Program-made: the position numbers and the translations under genes
Shown: positions 9,346-19,386 of the stretch, in pieces
Layout of the letters: every line of letters starts with the position of its first letter
Position numbering within the stretch: position 1 is the first letter of the stretch
Notes under the pieces: generated by a model
The model's database searches: none
The model's input: only the letters and a program-made list of their open reading frames with translations
What the model was told of the DNA's origin: nothing
Assembly (NCBI GenBank): GCA_964556685.1
Contig: CAZKWX010000003.1
Location: 78-64,077, forward strand
Direction: 5' to 3'
DNA from: an uncultured Bdellovibrionales bacterium
Lineage (GTDB): Bacteria; Patescibacteriota; Minisyncoccia; Moranbacterales; DUUL01
DNA: 64,000 nucleotides

Positions 9346-11052
9346 ATGTCTTCATCCCTTTATCAAAAATATCGACCAAAAACTTTTTCCGAGATCAGCG
9401 GACAGAGCTTTACTATTCGCACGCTGACCAACGCCATCAAAAATGATCACGTTGGCCATGCCTATTTGCTAACTGGTCCTCGTGGAACCGGAAAAACTAC
9501 CATTGCTCGAGTTTTTGCCAAATCCATCAATTGCCTGGATCTGCAAAAACCCAAAACCAGCAAACAAGCTAACCAAAACACCAGTATTGAGCCGTGTAAC
9601 CAATGTGATAATTGCAAACTGATCCTTGAGGATAAGGCCTTAGATCTAATCGAAATTGATGCTGCTTCTCACACTGGAGTGGACAACATTCGCCAGCTCA
9701 AAGAAGCGGTTCCTCTTCCTCCGTCGGCTTTGAATTATAAAGTCTATATTATTGATGAAGTTCACATGCTTTCGATTGGCGCTTTCAATGCCTTACTTAA
9801 AACTTTGGAAGAACCTCCTGCTCATGCCGTTTTCATTTTGGCTACCACTGAACTTCACAAAGTTCCCGAGACTATCATTTCTCGCTGTCAACGATTTGAC
9901 ATCACTCCTCTCTCTCAAGATCAAATCACTGGGCGCTTGGCTCAGTTGGCCAAAAAAGAAAGGGTTAAAATTGAAAAAGAAGCGCTTGAAACGATTGCTT
10001 TGGAAGCCGAGGGTGGGATGCGCGATGCTGAATCATTGCTGAGTCAAATTATTGCCCTAGAGGACAAGAATATAACTGCCAAAGAAGTTCAGCAAATCCT
10101 AGGCACTTCTTCGCGACGTTTGGTGACTGAGTTTGTTTCGATGATAGCCAGCGGTCAAACTAAAGAGGCCCTAACTAAAATCGACCAAATTCAAAATGAA
10201 GGACTAAATTTGAAGAATTTCAATAAAAATGTTCTGCAATACTTGCGTCATCTGATTATTATTAAGACCAATCCAGATTCAGCCAAGGAAATTATCGGTA
10301 GTATTTCTCAAGATCAGTTCAAGGAAGCTAAGGAAATTGCAGAAAAATTGGTCTTGGAAGATATTTTGTTTTTGACTGAGCTTTTTCAAAAAAGTCTTGA
10401 AGGTTTCAAGGATACTGCTATTCCTCAATTACCTTTAGAATTAGCGGTAGTGGAATATCATGTCAGCAAAAATCAGACAGTTGGTGATCCGGAAGATATT
10501 TCCAAAAATAATCCGGAAAATAAAGAGCCGACGAAACGAGAAAATATTAAATCGCCTGCTACAAAGAAGGGTACCCCACTTCGTCTTGCTGAGCAGGACT
10601 CCGAGGAGCAGGCAGAAAAAGGTATCTTAAAAGATACAGATAATAAAAAAGAGAATAAAAAGGTCATAGAGAAATCAAATAAAAAAAGCAAAGCCAGCAA
10701 TCGAACAGTTACTCTAGAAGAAATTCTAGAAAAATGGTCGGATATTCTCACGGAAGTTAAGCCTCACAACCATTCGATTCATGCTTTTTTGAAAAACTGC
10801 ACGCCTTGTGGAATTGAAGATGATTCACTTTATATAAAAACAAAATATGCCTTTTATAAGGATAAATTAAGTGAAAATAATAATCGGTTGACAGTCCAGA
10901 AGGTCGTTGCTAAAATTCTCGGAGTGTCTTTGAAGGTGGTTTTTTTGACTGAAGCGGAGTGCAAAGATAGAAAATTTGAAAGTTCTAGTGAAAACAAGAA
11001 TGTATTACATGATGCAATGCAAATGATGGGAGGAAGGATTGTGAAGAATTGA
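9346..11052 (+). CDS. dnaX: DNA polymerase III subunit gamma/tau
   Basis: LYQKYRP, GPRGTGKT, zinc module, IDEVHML, AFNALLKTLEEPP, SRC. Confidence 0.97.
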   Translation: MSSSLYQKYRPKTFSEISGQSFTIRTLTNAIKNDHVGHAYLLTGPRGTGKTTIARVFAKSINCLDLQKPKTSKQANQNTSIEPCNQCDNCKLILEDKALDLIEIDAASHTGVDNIRQLKEAVPLPPSALNYKVYIIDEVHMLSIGAFNALLKTLEEPPAHAVFILATTELHKVPETIISRCQRFDITPLSQDQITGRLAQLAKKERVKIEKEALETIALEAEGGMRDAESLLSQIIALEDKNITAKEVQQILGTSSRRLVTEFVSMIASGQTKEALTKIDQIQNEGLNLKNFNKNVLQYLRHLIIIKTNPDSAKEIIGSISQDQFKEAKEIAEKLVLEDILFLTELFQKSLEGFKDTAIPQLPLELAVVEYHVSKNQTVGDPEDISKNNPENKEPTKRENIKSPATKKGTPLRLAEQDSEEQAEKGILKDTDNKKENKKVIEKSNKKSKASNRTVTLEEILEKWSDILTEVKPHNHSIHAFLKNCTPCGIEDDSLYIKTKYAFYKDKLSENNNRLTVQKVVAKILGVSLKVVFLTEAECKDRKFESSSENKNVLHDAMQMMGGRIVKN

Positions 11053-11159
11053 CAATTTTATATTTATGATTGACGATTAAAAAAGGATCTAATATTGTAA
11101 GTCCTTTGAAATATCGAACCATTGATGTATAATATAGTTACATTAACTATGGTTCTTAT

Positions 11160-11837
11160 ATGAAAGAGAAAGAAAGAAAACGGGCAATCAAACTCAGAAA
11201 ACTAGGACTTTCCTATAATGAAATCTTGGAAAGAGTTTCCGTCTCCAAATCAACTCTATCTGTCTGGTTGAGAGATGTTGGGCTTGCTAAAAGTCAGAAA
11301 CAAAGATTAACAAAGAAGAGAAAACTTGCCCAGCTAAAAGCACAGCGAGTCTGTAGGGAAAGAAGGATAGAAATTACCAAGGAAATAAGAGAAAAAGCTT
11401 CCAAAGAAATTGGAGAGATATCGCAAAGGAATTTATGGCTAGTTGGAATTTCTCTTTATTGGGCCGAAGGGAACAAACAAAAAGAATCTAACGTATCAGA
11501 AAGAGTGGGATTAGGAAATTCTGATCCGGACATCATAAGGATATTTATTCTTTGGCTAACTAAAATATGTAAAATTAAAAGAAGTGATATTGATGTTCGC
11601 TTAGCAATTCATGAAACAGCTAATGAAAAAAGAGCGAAAAAGTATTGGTCTAAAATATCCAAGGTTCCAATTCCAGAATTTAAAAAAACACTGATAAAAA
11701 GGCATAACCCTAAAACTAATAGAAAATATAATAAGAATTATAATGGCCTTCTGATCGTATCTGTTAAGAAAAGTACGAATTTTAATAGGAAAATTAAAGG
11801 TTGGATTGATGGTATTATTGATAACACTGGGGTGTAG
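11160..11837 (+). CDS. HTH plus LAGLIDADG-like endonuclease-fold protein overlapping tRNA-Gln
   Basis: N-terminal HTH (GLSYNEILERVSVSKSTLSVWL), LAGLIDADG-like helix VGISLYWAEG followed by NSDP; very basic; stop codon inside the tRNA. Confidence 0.65.
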   Translation: MKEKERKRAIKLRKLGLSYNEILERVSVSKSTLSVWLRDVGLAKSQKQRLTKKRKLAQLKAQRVCRERRIEITKEIREKASKEIGEISQRNLWLVGISLYWAEGNKQKESNVSERVGLGNSDPDIIRIFILWLTKICKIKRSDIDVRLAIHETANEKRAKKYWSKISKVPIPEFKKTLIKRHNPKTNRKYNKNYNGLLIVSVKKSTNFNRKIKGWIDGIIDNTGV

Positions 11838-11899
11838 CCAAGCGGTAAGGCAGTAGCTTTTGGAGCTATGATTCGTAGGTTCGAATCCTACCACCCCAG
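11828..11899 (+). tRNA. tRNA-Gln (TTG)
   Basis: Acceptor TGGGGTG/CACCCCA, anticodon arm GTAGC-TTTTGGA-GCTAT, T arm GTAGG-TTCGAAT-CCTAC. Confidence 0.95.
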
Positions 11900-12032
11900 C
11901 ATAGTAGGACAAGAAGAGGCAGAAACGCCTCTTTTTGCTTTATTTAAAGCAAGAAAGATCGGTTCGAGGGCTGGCATTCTGATCTTTAGATCTCCAGCAT
12001 CTTCCATGAGCCAATTAAACGGTTCTCTTAGC

Positions 12033-12518
12033 TTAAACTTGGCTATTTTTCTGTCCTTTAGAATGATGTTCGATGATGATCTCCCTGGCATATCCGGCCA
12101 AGTGCAACCCTGGCGGAAAAAAGTCGTGAGCCGTTGTAGAAATTGGACATAGCCCAATTTCATGAGGTTGCATATCTTCGGGATACTTCACGGAGTATTT
12201 TTTCACCACGCCCCGTCCCTCTTCGGCCAATTCCTCCAATATGAGATGTTCCTCATAATTTTGAGGAACATCCTTTGCAGAAATTCTGAGTAGTTGCACC
12301 CTTTGTTTGATTTCAGGCAATCTCTTTTCAAAATCCTTTCTGCTGAGGCGTGGCGGGCGTTCAATGGAACGCACCAATATTGTATTGCGTCCCAGCTTTT
12401 TGATCGTATCTATCAGAATATCAAAGATGGGGTTGTCACTTCCAACGATTTTAAGAGCCTTCAAAAAATCTTCTTTGCTGTTGTGTTTAATTTTTTCCTC
12501 CAATCGTTTATTTTGCAT
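12033..12518 (-). CDS. Hypothetical protein
   Basis: 161-aa ORF next to the tRNA; no motif recognised. Confidence 0.6.
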   Translation of the reverse strand: MQNKRLEEKIKHNSKEDFLKALKIVGSDNPIFDILIDTIKKLGRNTILVRSIERPPRLSRKDFEKRLPEIKQRVQLLRISAKDVPQNYEEHLILEELAEEGRGVVKKYSVKYPEDMQPHEIGLCPISTTAHDFFPPGLHLAGYAREIIIEHHSKGQKNSQV

Positions 12519-12680
12519 TATCGGTTCTTGTTCTTTTTGCTTCCATTATTTTATTTCCCATGGAAAGTGTTGATTCCAGTATGTTGTTTTAATGAACTTC
12601 CCCTCCTCAACCCACATCCAATATGTGGACTGGGGAAGGTGGAGATCCAAGCGCGATGGCGAGGACCTCCGGACATTATA

Positions 12681-13004
12681 TTATGAGAAAAAACTCGCCG
12701 CATAGACTTCCTGAGGGCGCCCTGCTTTTTCCCATTTTTCTTTCATCAGGGTCTTAATCCTCCCCTTGGCGTTTTTGATCTTCTCCGGATTTTCTGATCT
12801 TAAAAATCTCAATTTTATAAGGAGATCTTTTTCGCCTCTCGAGACAAGACTACTATCGCCTGTCCCCGCACAGTTTGCGCAAATTGCAATCTGCACAGGA
12901 AAATCTTCAGGGCAATAATCAATGTCGATATCCCTGAAATAACCCGGTTGCACTGCCAAGGGCCCAGTAGTGCACCAATCACAAGTTTTTTGATGTCTTC
13001 TCAT
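12681..13004 (-). CDS. Small putative zinc-binding hypothetical protein
   Basis: AAGGAG SD before ATG at 13004; CDWC...CANC pairs. Confidence 0.6.
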   Translation of the reverse strand: MRRHQKTCDWCTTGPLAVQPGYFRDIDIDYCPEDFPVQIAICANCAGTGDSSLVSRGEKDLLIKLRFLRSENPEKIKNAKGRIKTLMKEKWEKAGRPQEVYAASFFS

Positions 13005-13563
13005 CTTATTCTCCTTTCTTAAAAATTTTTCAGTCAAAATATCCCCTCACTATGAGGAGATATCAGGTTGAAATATATAAACAATATACATGCTGAAAAC
13101 TCCTCGTGTTGCCTGGTTGCAACGAAAGAGATTTTTTTGAGTATCATTTTCACAAAAATGCTCGCTTCTTGGTGGAATCGATGTGAAGAATTGAAACCAA
13201 AATACTCTATTTCAATGTACTTATTGTTAATTTTAGAGATAAATATCTTTTCCCCTCCTCAACATGGTTATTTGGTGATTGTGGAGTCTAACACATTAAG
13301 AAATGCTTGCCAAGAGCTTCGAAGTCGAGTCGTAAATTGTATAAAAATAGCTGAAATAAAGTGTTCTCATGTTTTTTTTAGTTTATTTTCTGCGACCGAA
13401 ACGCTTCAAAAGTGAGCTTTCAAAAATTTCTTTGAAAATCCTTGAATATACACTCTGAAAAAGCTTTGGATCGACGTGGCTAGCCCTATTTTACAATTCC
13501 GACTTAATACCCTAGAATAAAATCACCAGCTGCTCCACGTTTCTAACTAAATAACAATATTTA

Positions 13564-14970
13564 ATGAACGAAAATCAAGCGGGGGGAGCAAGTGCGGAGG
13601 GAGAAGAGAAGAAGAAACCTAATTACATCCTAATTGCAGTCATTGCTTTGGCAATAATTGCAGTAGCGATGTTTTTTTCTTCTTCTAATTCTAATAAGAA
13701 AGAGGTTGTGACCATTTCTGGCACAGTGAATTTCAACGGCCTCAAACCTCAAGGAGAAAATCAAGTGGAAGGAAGGATTGTTTTGATGCAAAGAGAAACT
13801 GGCCGAACAGAATTTTCCCAAGCTAGTATTGAAATTGTTTTTCAGGACAACGCAACTTGGGCTTGGGATCAGGCTGAATCGGGCAAAGTCTATGATTTGA
13901 AAGTTGATCTCTTTCTCGGTGACCAACATATCAAATCTTCCAACACCATCACGGTGACTGCTCCAGCGACAAACCAAGTTCTAACCTTGCAGGTGACCTT
14001 GGAAGATGTGCCTCAAGAGATTCTCGATCAAGCAATCTTCTCTGTTTCTGGTCAACTAGACATTAATGGATTTGTACCAAATGGAAGCATCGTGGTAGTT
14101 TTTCAAAAAGAAAAAGGCACGGACGATGAAGCCTATGACCCAGCTACTGAAGAAATTCCAGCAGTCGATGGTGTAGCTTGGAGTTGGAACGAAGCTAAGC
14201 CCGGAAAAGAATATGATTTCAAAGCTGTTATGTCTTTCGAAGATAAGATCATTGGAGAGTCTGATCCAGCTAGCGCAGTGGCCCCTGCCGAAAATGAAGT
14301 TTTGCGCATTCAATCCATTGCTAAAGATCCAACCAAGGAAGAAAAGGCTTCAATTTCTGGAATAGTCAGAATTTCCGGACCAATTGCCGATGGCAGTGAA
14401 GTAGCGCTCTATCAAAAAAAATACGGAACCTCTTACACAGAGTTTAGCGAGTTCCAAAGAATTCCAGCTGTCGATAATAGCAATTGGAAGTGGACTAAAG
14501 CTATCAAAGGAGAAAAATATGAGGTTCAGGCAGTTTTGCAAGTAGCAGGAGTCGACAGTTCTCATAGCAATCAAGTCTTAGCGACTGCTCCAGCCAAAGA
14601 TGAAGTGTTGGCAATCGATACTAATTTATCGCTTAAAGCTCCAACGGGTAAACCTTCAGTAAAATGTGGCAGCATTGATGATACTGGCCATTATAATGCT
14701 ACGGTGACCTACAAGCGCATTGATAAAGCCGCTCTTTATACCCTTGAAGTTGGTTCTAAACCCAACGAACGAGATGTAGCTCATGAAATCAAAGAGCAGA
14801 CTACTAAAAGTGATCCAGCCATGGAAGCTTATGTAAAAGATGGCAAGAAATATTATGCTCGCTATTCCTATTCTGGCTGCAGTGAGTGTGATTTGGAAGA
14901 CAAGAAAAACTGGTCAGGCTACTCACCCACCTTAGGTTTTGTCTGTGCTGCTGAAGGAGAGCAGTCTTAA
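13564..14970 (+). CDS. Membrane-anchored extracellular protein with three tandem ~100-aa beta-rich repeats
   Basis: N-terminal TM; repeats (I/V)SG.....G...W.W..A..G..Y....S.....APA...VL; Cys-containing C-terminal domain. Confidence 0.8.
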   Translation: MNENQAGGASAEGEEKKKPNYILIAVIALAIIAVAMFFSSSNSNKKEVVTISGTVNFNGLKPQGENQVEGRIVLMQRETGRTEFSQASIEIVFQDNATWAWDQAESGKVYDLKVDLFLGDQHIKSSNTITVTAPATNQVLTLQVTLEDVPQEILDQAIFSVSGQLDINGFVPNGSIVVVFQKEKGTDDEAYDPATEEIPAVDGVAWSWNEAKPGKEYDFKAVMSFEDKIIGESDPASAVAPAENEVLRIQSIAKDPTKEEKASISGIVRISGPIADGSEVALYQKKYGTSYTEFSEFQRIPAVDNSNWKWTKAIKGEKYEVQAVLQVAGVDSSHSNQVLATAPAKDEVLAIDTNLSLKAPTGKPSVKCGSIDDTGHYNATVTYKRIDKAALYTLEVGSKPNERDVAHEIKEQTTKSDPAMEAYVKDGKKYYARYSYSGCSECDLEDKKNWSGYSPTLGFVCAAEGEQS

Positions 14971-15047
14971 CTGAATATCTTATATATAATGATTTGCTAT
15001 TTGTTTTGACAGATGGGATAATACAGAGAATAATTAAAAACAAAAAT

Positions 15048-15725
15048 ATGGAGGAAAAACAAAATGCTTCAGCTGAAAAACAAGCTGAAAAACAAAAAGA
15101 GGCTGTGTCAAAAGATGCCAAGTGTAATTGTAGCGGTCCTGCGATGATTATTCTGGTCATCATAGCTACTGCTTTGGTGGTTGGTGGCGCAGTCTATTTC
15201 TGGCAACAGTTTGTGATGAAAAGTCAAAAGCAAGTTGCCCTGCAGGAAAACCAAGTTGTAGCTAAGCAACTAGCCGACATGAAAAAAGACATGGCCCAAA
15301 TGAAAAAAGCAGAGAATGGAGTAGCTGCCCCTGCTACCCAGGAGGCTGAGACTGAAGAAGTGGAAACAGTGAATATCCACACTTCATTTCAAAAAGCAGT
15401 TAACTCCAAAGACGAAGCTGCTATGGCCAATCTTATGACCGCCAGTGTAAAAGTGATCATTGAAGCTACTGAATGCTGCGGTCAAATGACCAATCAAAAA
15501 GCCACTGATCAAATTGCCGGCTACACCAAGAATGCTGTGCCTTATAATTTTGATCAAAATCAACAAGTGGTTAGACAGATGAAAGTTAACATGGAAGACT
15601 ATTTCGGAAAATACACCATTGGCATTGCTGCCAACCAAGGAGTCTTCGCCTATCATGTAAACGACGTTGGAAAGGTTGACGATGTCTACATGTCAGTTAC
15701 GCACGGACTGTTGGATTTGGAATAA
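15048..15725 (+). CDS. Membrane-anchored hypothetical protein
   Basis: TM segment ending VVGGAVYFWQQ, then a coiled coil; A-rich leader before ATG 15048. Confidence 0.75.
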   Translation: MEEKQNASAEKQAEKQKEAVSKDAKCNCSGPAMIILVIIATALVVGGAVYFWQQFVMKSQKQVALQENQVVAKQLADMKKDMAQMKKAENGVAAPATQEAETEEVETVNIHTSFQKAVNSKDEAAMANLMTASVKVIIEATECCGQMTNQKATDQIAGYTKNAVPYNFDQNQQVVRQMKVNMEDYFGKYTIGIAANQGVFAYHVNDVGKVDDVYMSVTHGLLDLE

Positions 15726-15741
15726 ATTTCTTTGCGATAGA

Positions 15742-15774
15742 AACAAAAAGCGCCTTTCAAGGGCGCTTTTTGTT
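15742..15774. terminator. Bidirectional intrinsic terminator
   Basis: AACAAAAAGCGCC-loop-GGCGCTTTTTGTT between convergent genes. Confidence 0.8.
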
Positions 15775-15794
15775 TATGAAGATAACTACTTTTT

Positions 15795-16415
15795 CTAATC
15801 AATGGCATAATCTCCGCTACAGACATGATCAAAGCCTGCTTTTTTGTGCTTGTCCATGATGGAAATGTCAAGTAAAACTTGTCGGGAAGCCGGATCAAGA
15901 TAATCAAGCGGACAAATTCTGTCAGGATATTTCTTTCCTTTTTGAGCGGCACCAAATTCCCAATGAGTGTTAAAGCCCTCACCGACATAATTTCCCTTTC
16001 TGATCGACTGGCCCACTTCTAAGTCAGGATTAACCGGTTTGAGATGACCATAAAAAGTCTTGGACTTGCCATCATCGTGCTCAATTATCACCGCCCAGCC
16101 CTCTCGACCTCTCTCGTCATAGATGTGAGTCACTTTTCCATCAGCACAAGCAATGATTCGACCAGTTGTCGGGCCACTTTCGTCATAGAATAAAAAATCA
16201 ATCCCTGCATGACCATGAGGATTTTCACTCAATGGATGCTCCAATGTCTCACCCATGGGAATGAGTTGTCCTGGTGGATTGTCTAATGAAAACGGCAAAG
16301 ATATTGTTACATCTGAGAGCTTTTCCTCAGAGCTCTGGAAAAATATTCTCAAAAAAAAGAAAGTGACTCCCAGGGTAACTATAACAATCGCACTTATCAA
16401 TAAGAGCTTTTTCAT
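15795..16415 (-). CDS. M23 family metallopeptidase
   Basis: Signal anchor, HAGIDF, IIACADGKV, FYGHL, VGQSIRKG. Confidence 0.85.
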   Translation of the reverse strand: MKKLLLISAIVIVTLGVTFFFLRIFFQSSEEKLSDVTISLPFSLDNPPGQLIPMGETLEHPLSENPHGHAGIDFLFYDESGPTTGRIIACADGKVTHIYDERGREGWAVIIEHDDGKSKTFYGHLKPVNPDLEVGQSIRKGNYVGEGFNTHWEFGAAQKGKKYPDRICPLDYLDPASRQVLLDISIMDKHKKAGFDHVCSGDYAID

Positions 16416-16463
16416 TTTTCGTGATTTAACTCTTTTTTATTCTACCACAAGACCACTCTCGGG

Positions 16464-17513
16464 CTATTTTTCTATTTTCTCCCAAGGCAAGCCTTCTTCT
16501 CCAAAATGTCCATAGGTAGCCGTTTGAAGGAAAATTGGCTTTCGCAAGTCAAGCTTCTCAATAATCGCCAAAGGGGTGAAGTCATAATTCTCTCTGACAT
16601 ACTTAGACAGATCCTCTGCTCTTTCATTAATCGCTCTGATCATAACCGGTTGAGCTTTTCCAATAGAATAAGCCACAGCTACCAAGCACTCTTTGGCCAT
16701 TCCTTTGGCTACAATGTTTTTGGCCACAAATCTAGCCATATAGGCCGCTGAGCGGTCCACTTTGGTGGCATCTTTTCCTGAAAAACATCCTCCTCCGTGA
16801 GGAACTAGTCCGCCATAGGTGTCAACCATAATTTTTCTGCCAGTCAGTCCCGTGTCCGCTTCAAAACCTCCCAGAACAAAATTTCCTGTTTTGTTGATAA
16901 TCACTTCAACACCGGAGACATCTCCAATGATTGGCTTGATCAGTTTTTCCATCAGTTCTTTTTTAATTTCTTCCTGAGAAACATCTTCATCATGTTGAGT
17001 GCTGACCACAACAGTTTTCACATTACCATTGCACATAGTCACTTGGGATTTCCCATCTGGCATAAGCCAGGGAAGCGTTCCGTCGGTCCGCAATTTTTCC
17101 AAACCTTGAGTCAGTTTGTGCGCCAGCACTACTCCCTTAGGAAGATATTCTTTGGTCTCATCAGTAGCGTAACCATACATAATTCCTTGATCCCCTGCTC
17201 CACCAGTGTCTACTCCTTGAGAAATGTCGGGTGATTGCTGAACAATATTAGTTTCAATTTTTAGTTCTCCGTTGTGACCGATTTTGTCATAAATTTCTTG
17301 AGCAATTTTTTTCGCATCGATTTTAGCATTGGTGGTAAGTTCTCCTCCAATGACTAAAAGTCCATGGGCTCCCAAAACTTCCATGGCCACTCGACTTTTT
17401 GGATCTTGGCGCAAACATTCATCCAAAATGGCATCGGAAATTTGATCACAAATTTTGTCAGGGTGTCCTGACGTGACACTTTCGGCAGTGTACTCTCGAC
17501 AATCATAATGCAT
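16464..17513 (-). CDS. metK: S-adenosylmethionine synthetase
   Basis: ESVTSGHPDKICDQISDAILD, GAGDQG, GLTGRKI, GGGCFSGKD. Confidence 0.97.
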   Translation of the reverse strand: MHYDCREYTAESVTSGHPDKICDQISDAILDECLRQDPKSRVAMEVLGAHGLLVIGGELTTNAKIDAKKIAQEIYDKIGHNGELKIETNIVQQSPDISQGVDTGGAGDQGIMYGYATDETKEYLPKGVVLAHKLTQGLEKLRTDGTLPWLMPDGKSQVTMCNGNVKTVVVSTQHDEDVSQEEIKKELMEKLIKPIIGDVSGVEVIINKTGNFVLGGFEADTGLTGRKIMVDTYGGLVPHGGGCFSGKDATKVDRSAAYMARFVAKNIVAKGMAKECLVAVAYSIGKAQPVMIRAINERAEDLSKYVRENYDFTPLAIIEKLDLRKPIFLQTATYGHFGEEGLPWEKIEK

Positions 17514-17562
17514 TTTTTCTTTTTTAATAAATTAAAAACTTTCCCAAAAGGAAAGCTTCATT

Positions 17563-17665
17563 CAGCATCTTTCCTCGAAAGGCTAGAGTTGGCACCTACT
17601 GAGATCAAACTCAGGGTTGCCGGCAGGTCATTGGGCTAGATCCCTATCTGCACTCTTGATGATAT
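17563..17665 (-). promoter_or_regulatory. SAM-I riboswitch upstream of metK
   Basis: Minus strand ATCAAGAG..AGGGA..GCCC.ATGA..CCGGCAACC..GGTGCCAA..AAGATG, then a terminator-like hairpin AAGCTTTCC-TTTTG-GGAAAGTTTTT. Confidence 0.88.
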
Positions 17666-17966
17666 TTGGTTGTGTGAAAATTATAACACCGTTCTCATTT
17701 CTGCGCAATAGATATTTATTATCCTCCTCTGTGATTAATCCCTTTTTTTCATTTCGGTCAGTTTCTCATTTAGAATTAAGCGACTTTTTCGCCTGTATAT
17801 TTACACTTTTAGCTTAGAACATTATTTTTTGAAAGTCTGGTAATTACAAAATCTGAGTCATTCTTGATTTTGCCTAATTAAAATGGTATAAATTATACCT
17901 TGTCGAGAAATATTGTCTATTCAAATCAAACGCGCCTTAACGTTCAACTCAAAAGGAGGTTACACG

Positions 17967-18299
17967 ATGTCAGATTATGAAATCATAGTCGAAATTTTGG
18001 GAATGACGACCCATTTTGTTAACCGACATCCTAAAAAAGTGGTTAAGTTAGCATCAAAAATCTGCGCTGCTATTGCATCGGATCGAGAACTCGAAATCGA
18101 GCCAGAGAGTGTATTCTGTTTCGTCTTTCCAGTTATTGTCGGTGGTTTCGTCAACGACAATAAAACGGTTTTTGTCAGGTATTCAGCTACTTCTTCTGCT
18201 AACCTTGACATGGACTGGAGAAGCGGCGCTCACATTAAAGTCGGGCGAGTATTTTCTGAAATCTTCGGAGATGCTCTTGTTCCTAAACGAATTTTATAA
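17967..18299 (+). CDS. Hypothetical protein
   Basis: AAAGGAGGT SD before ATG 17967. Confidence 0.65.
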   Translation: MSDYEIIVEILGMTTHFVNRHPKKVVKLASKICAAIASDRELEIEPESVFCFVFPVIVGGFVNDNKTVFVRYSATSSANLDMDWRSGAHIKVGRVFSEIFGDALVPKRIL

Positions 18300-18498
18300 T
18301 AGCCACCATGGGTACTCTAAGAACCGCTGGTCCACGACTGGCGGTTAAATTTTTTGGGTACCTCAAGAGGTACTTTTCGTACTTGCTAATTTTCATATTC
18401 TCAATTACTATTTATCATCACGATAAATAAGAGTTTTCATTTGGCAAAGTTTCAATTGTGAAGTTCATCAATAACACAAGACTTACGGGAGGGAAAAA

Positions 18499-18981
18499 AT
18501 GACAATCTTAACTATTGATCTGGTTGAACATGCAATTCGCTTGGCAGAACCTACAGCCCTTGCCATTCTCGATGACGATCGTGCAGTCTGGGGACCCAAA
18601 TGGGTCGATGGTTTTGTTGATGGACCAGGACTGCAACAGATAGTTCCTTTCACGTTCGGTAATAAACTACCTGCCGGTACATGGAATACTACGTGGGGAC
18701 CAGAAAAAGACTTCGTTAAAGTCGCCGGCAAAAAGTATGACCTGGTAAGCAGAGAAAAGATGTCAAGCAGCCTGATCATTGCTATTATGCCGTGGCTGTT
18801 GCAAAAAGACGAATTTCTCTATGCTGGCGGCGCCTATCGTCATGGCATAATTGCAGTGGCATCTGGAGCGAAAGGGTGGGCGGACGAAGCAATCGGTAAT
18901 GTAATCATCGACATGACCATTATGCTTTCTTACCTAAAAACAGATGCTCTTATTGCAGAAAAAAAGATGCAAATCGAATAA
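18499..18981 (+). CDS. Hypothetical protein, possible GlcG/HbpS-like fold
   Basis: YAGGAYRHGIIAVASGA..WADEAIG resembles the GlcG C-terminal pattern; GGAGG SD. Confidence 0.55.
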   Translation: MTILTIDLVEHAIRLAEPTALAILDDDRAVWGPKWVDGFVDGPGLQQIVPFTFGNKLPAGTWNTTWGPEKDFVKVAGKKYDLVSREKMSSSLIIAIMPWLLQKDEFLYAGGAYRHGIIAVASGAKGWADEAIGNVIIDMTIMLSYLKTDALIAEKKMQIE

Positions 18982-19077
18982 TACGAGTCACTACCTCGAA
19001 ATAACAGAAAAAGAGCCTACGATGTTAACGTAATAATATCGTTAATGTGTAGGCTCTTTATTATTTGGTAAGTAATA

Positions 19078-19245
19078 TCACTTCCAGTCTTCGATCATAA
19101 TCTTTTGGCCTTTTCGGGTGATGACAACCTTTTGACCTTCTTTGATTTTCAAGGCCTTGATGATTTCCATTGGAATTGTCACTCCATAGCTTCCTGCTTT
19201 TCGATAGACCTTGCGAATGCTTTTTTCTTTTAGTTTTCTTCTCAT
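19078..19245 (-). CDS. AbrB/MazE/SpoVT family DNA-binding protein (55 aa)
   Basis: RKVYRKAGSYGVTIPMEIIKALKIKEGQKVVI swapped-hairpin pattern; ATG at 19245. Confidence 0.85.
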   Translation of the reverse strand: MRRKLKEKSIRKVYRKAGSYGVTIPMEIIKALKIKEGQKVVITRKGQKIMIEDWK

Positions 19246-19253
19246 AATTATGC

Positions 19254-19289
19254 TTGGGTACCTTTTAAGGTATCTTAAAAGGTACCTTT
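19254..19289. promoter_or_regulatory. Candidate operator: three tandem 12-bp palindromic units upstream of the AbrB-like gene
   Basis: TTGGGTACCTTT TAAGGTATCTTA AAAGGTACCTTT; contains the 13-bp inverted repeat GGTACCTTTTAAG/CTTAAAAGGTACC. Confidence 0.55.
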
Positions 19290-19386
19290 TTATTACCTTC
19301 ATTCTATCATATCTACTTAAAAACTTGCATCATTAATTTAATAATATATCATATTACTCAAAAAGAAGCCTAATCTACTAATTGTT

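Noticed and set aside
13068-13415. 115-aa ORF on the + strand
   Set aside because: TTG start, no recognisable motif, intergenic-like composition
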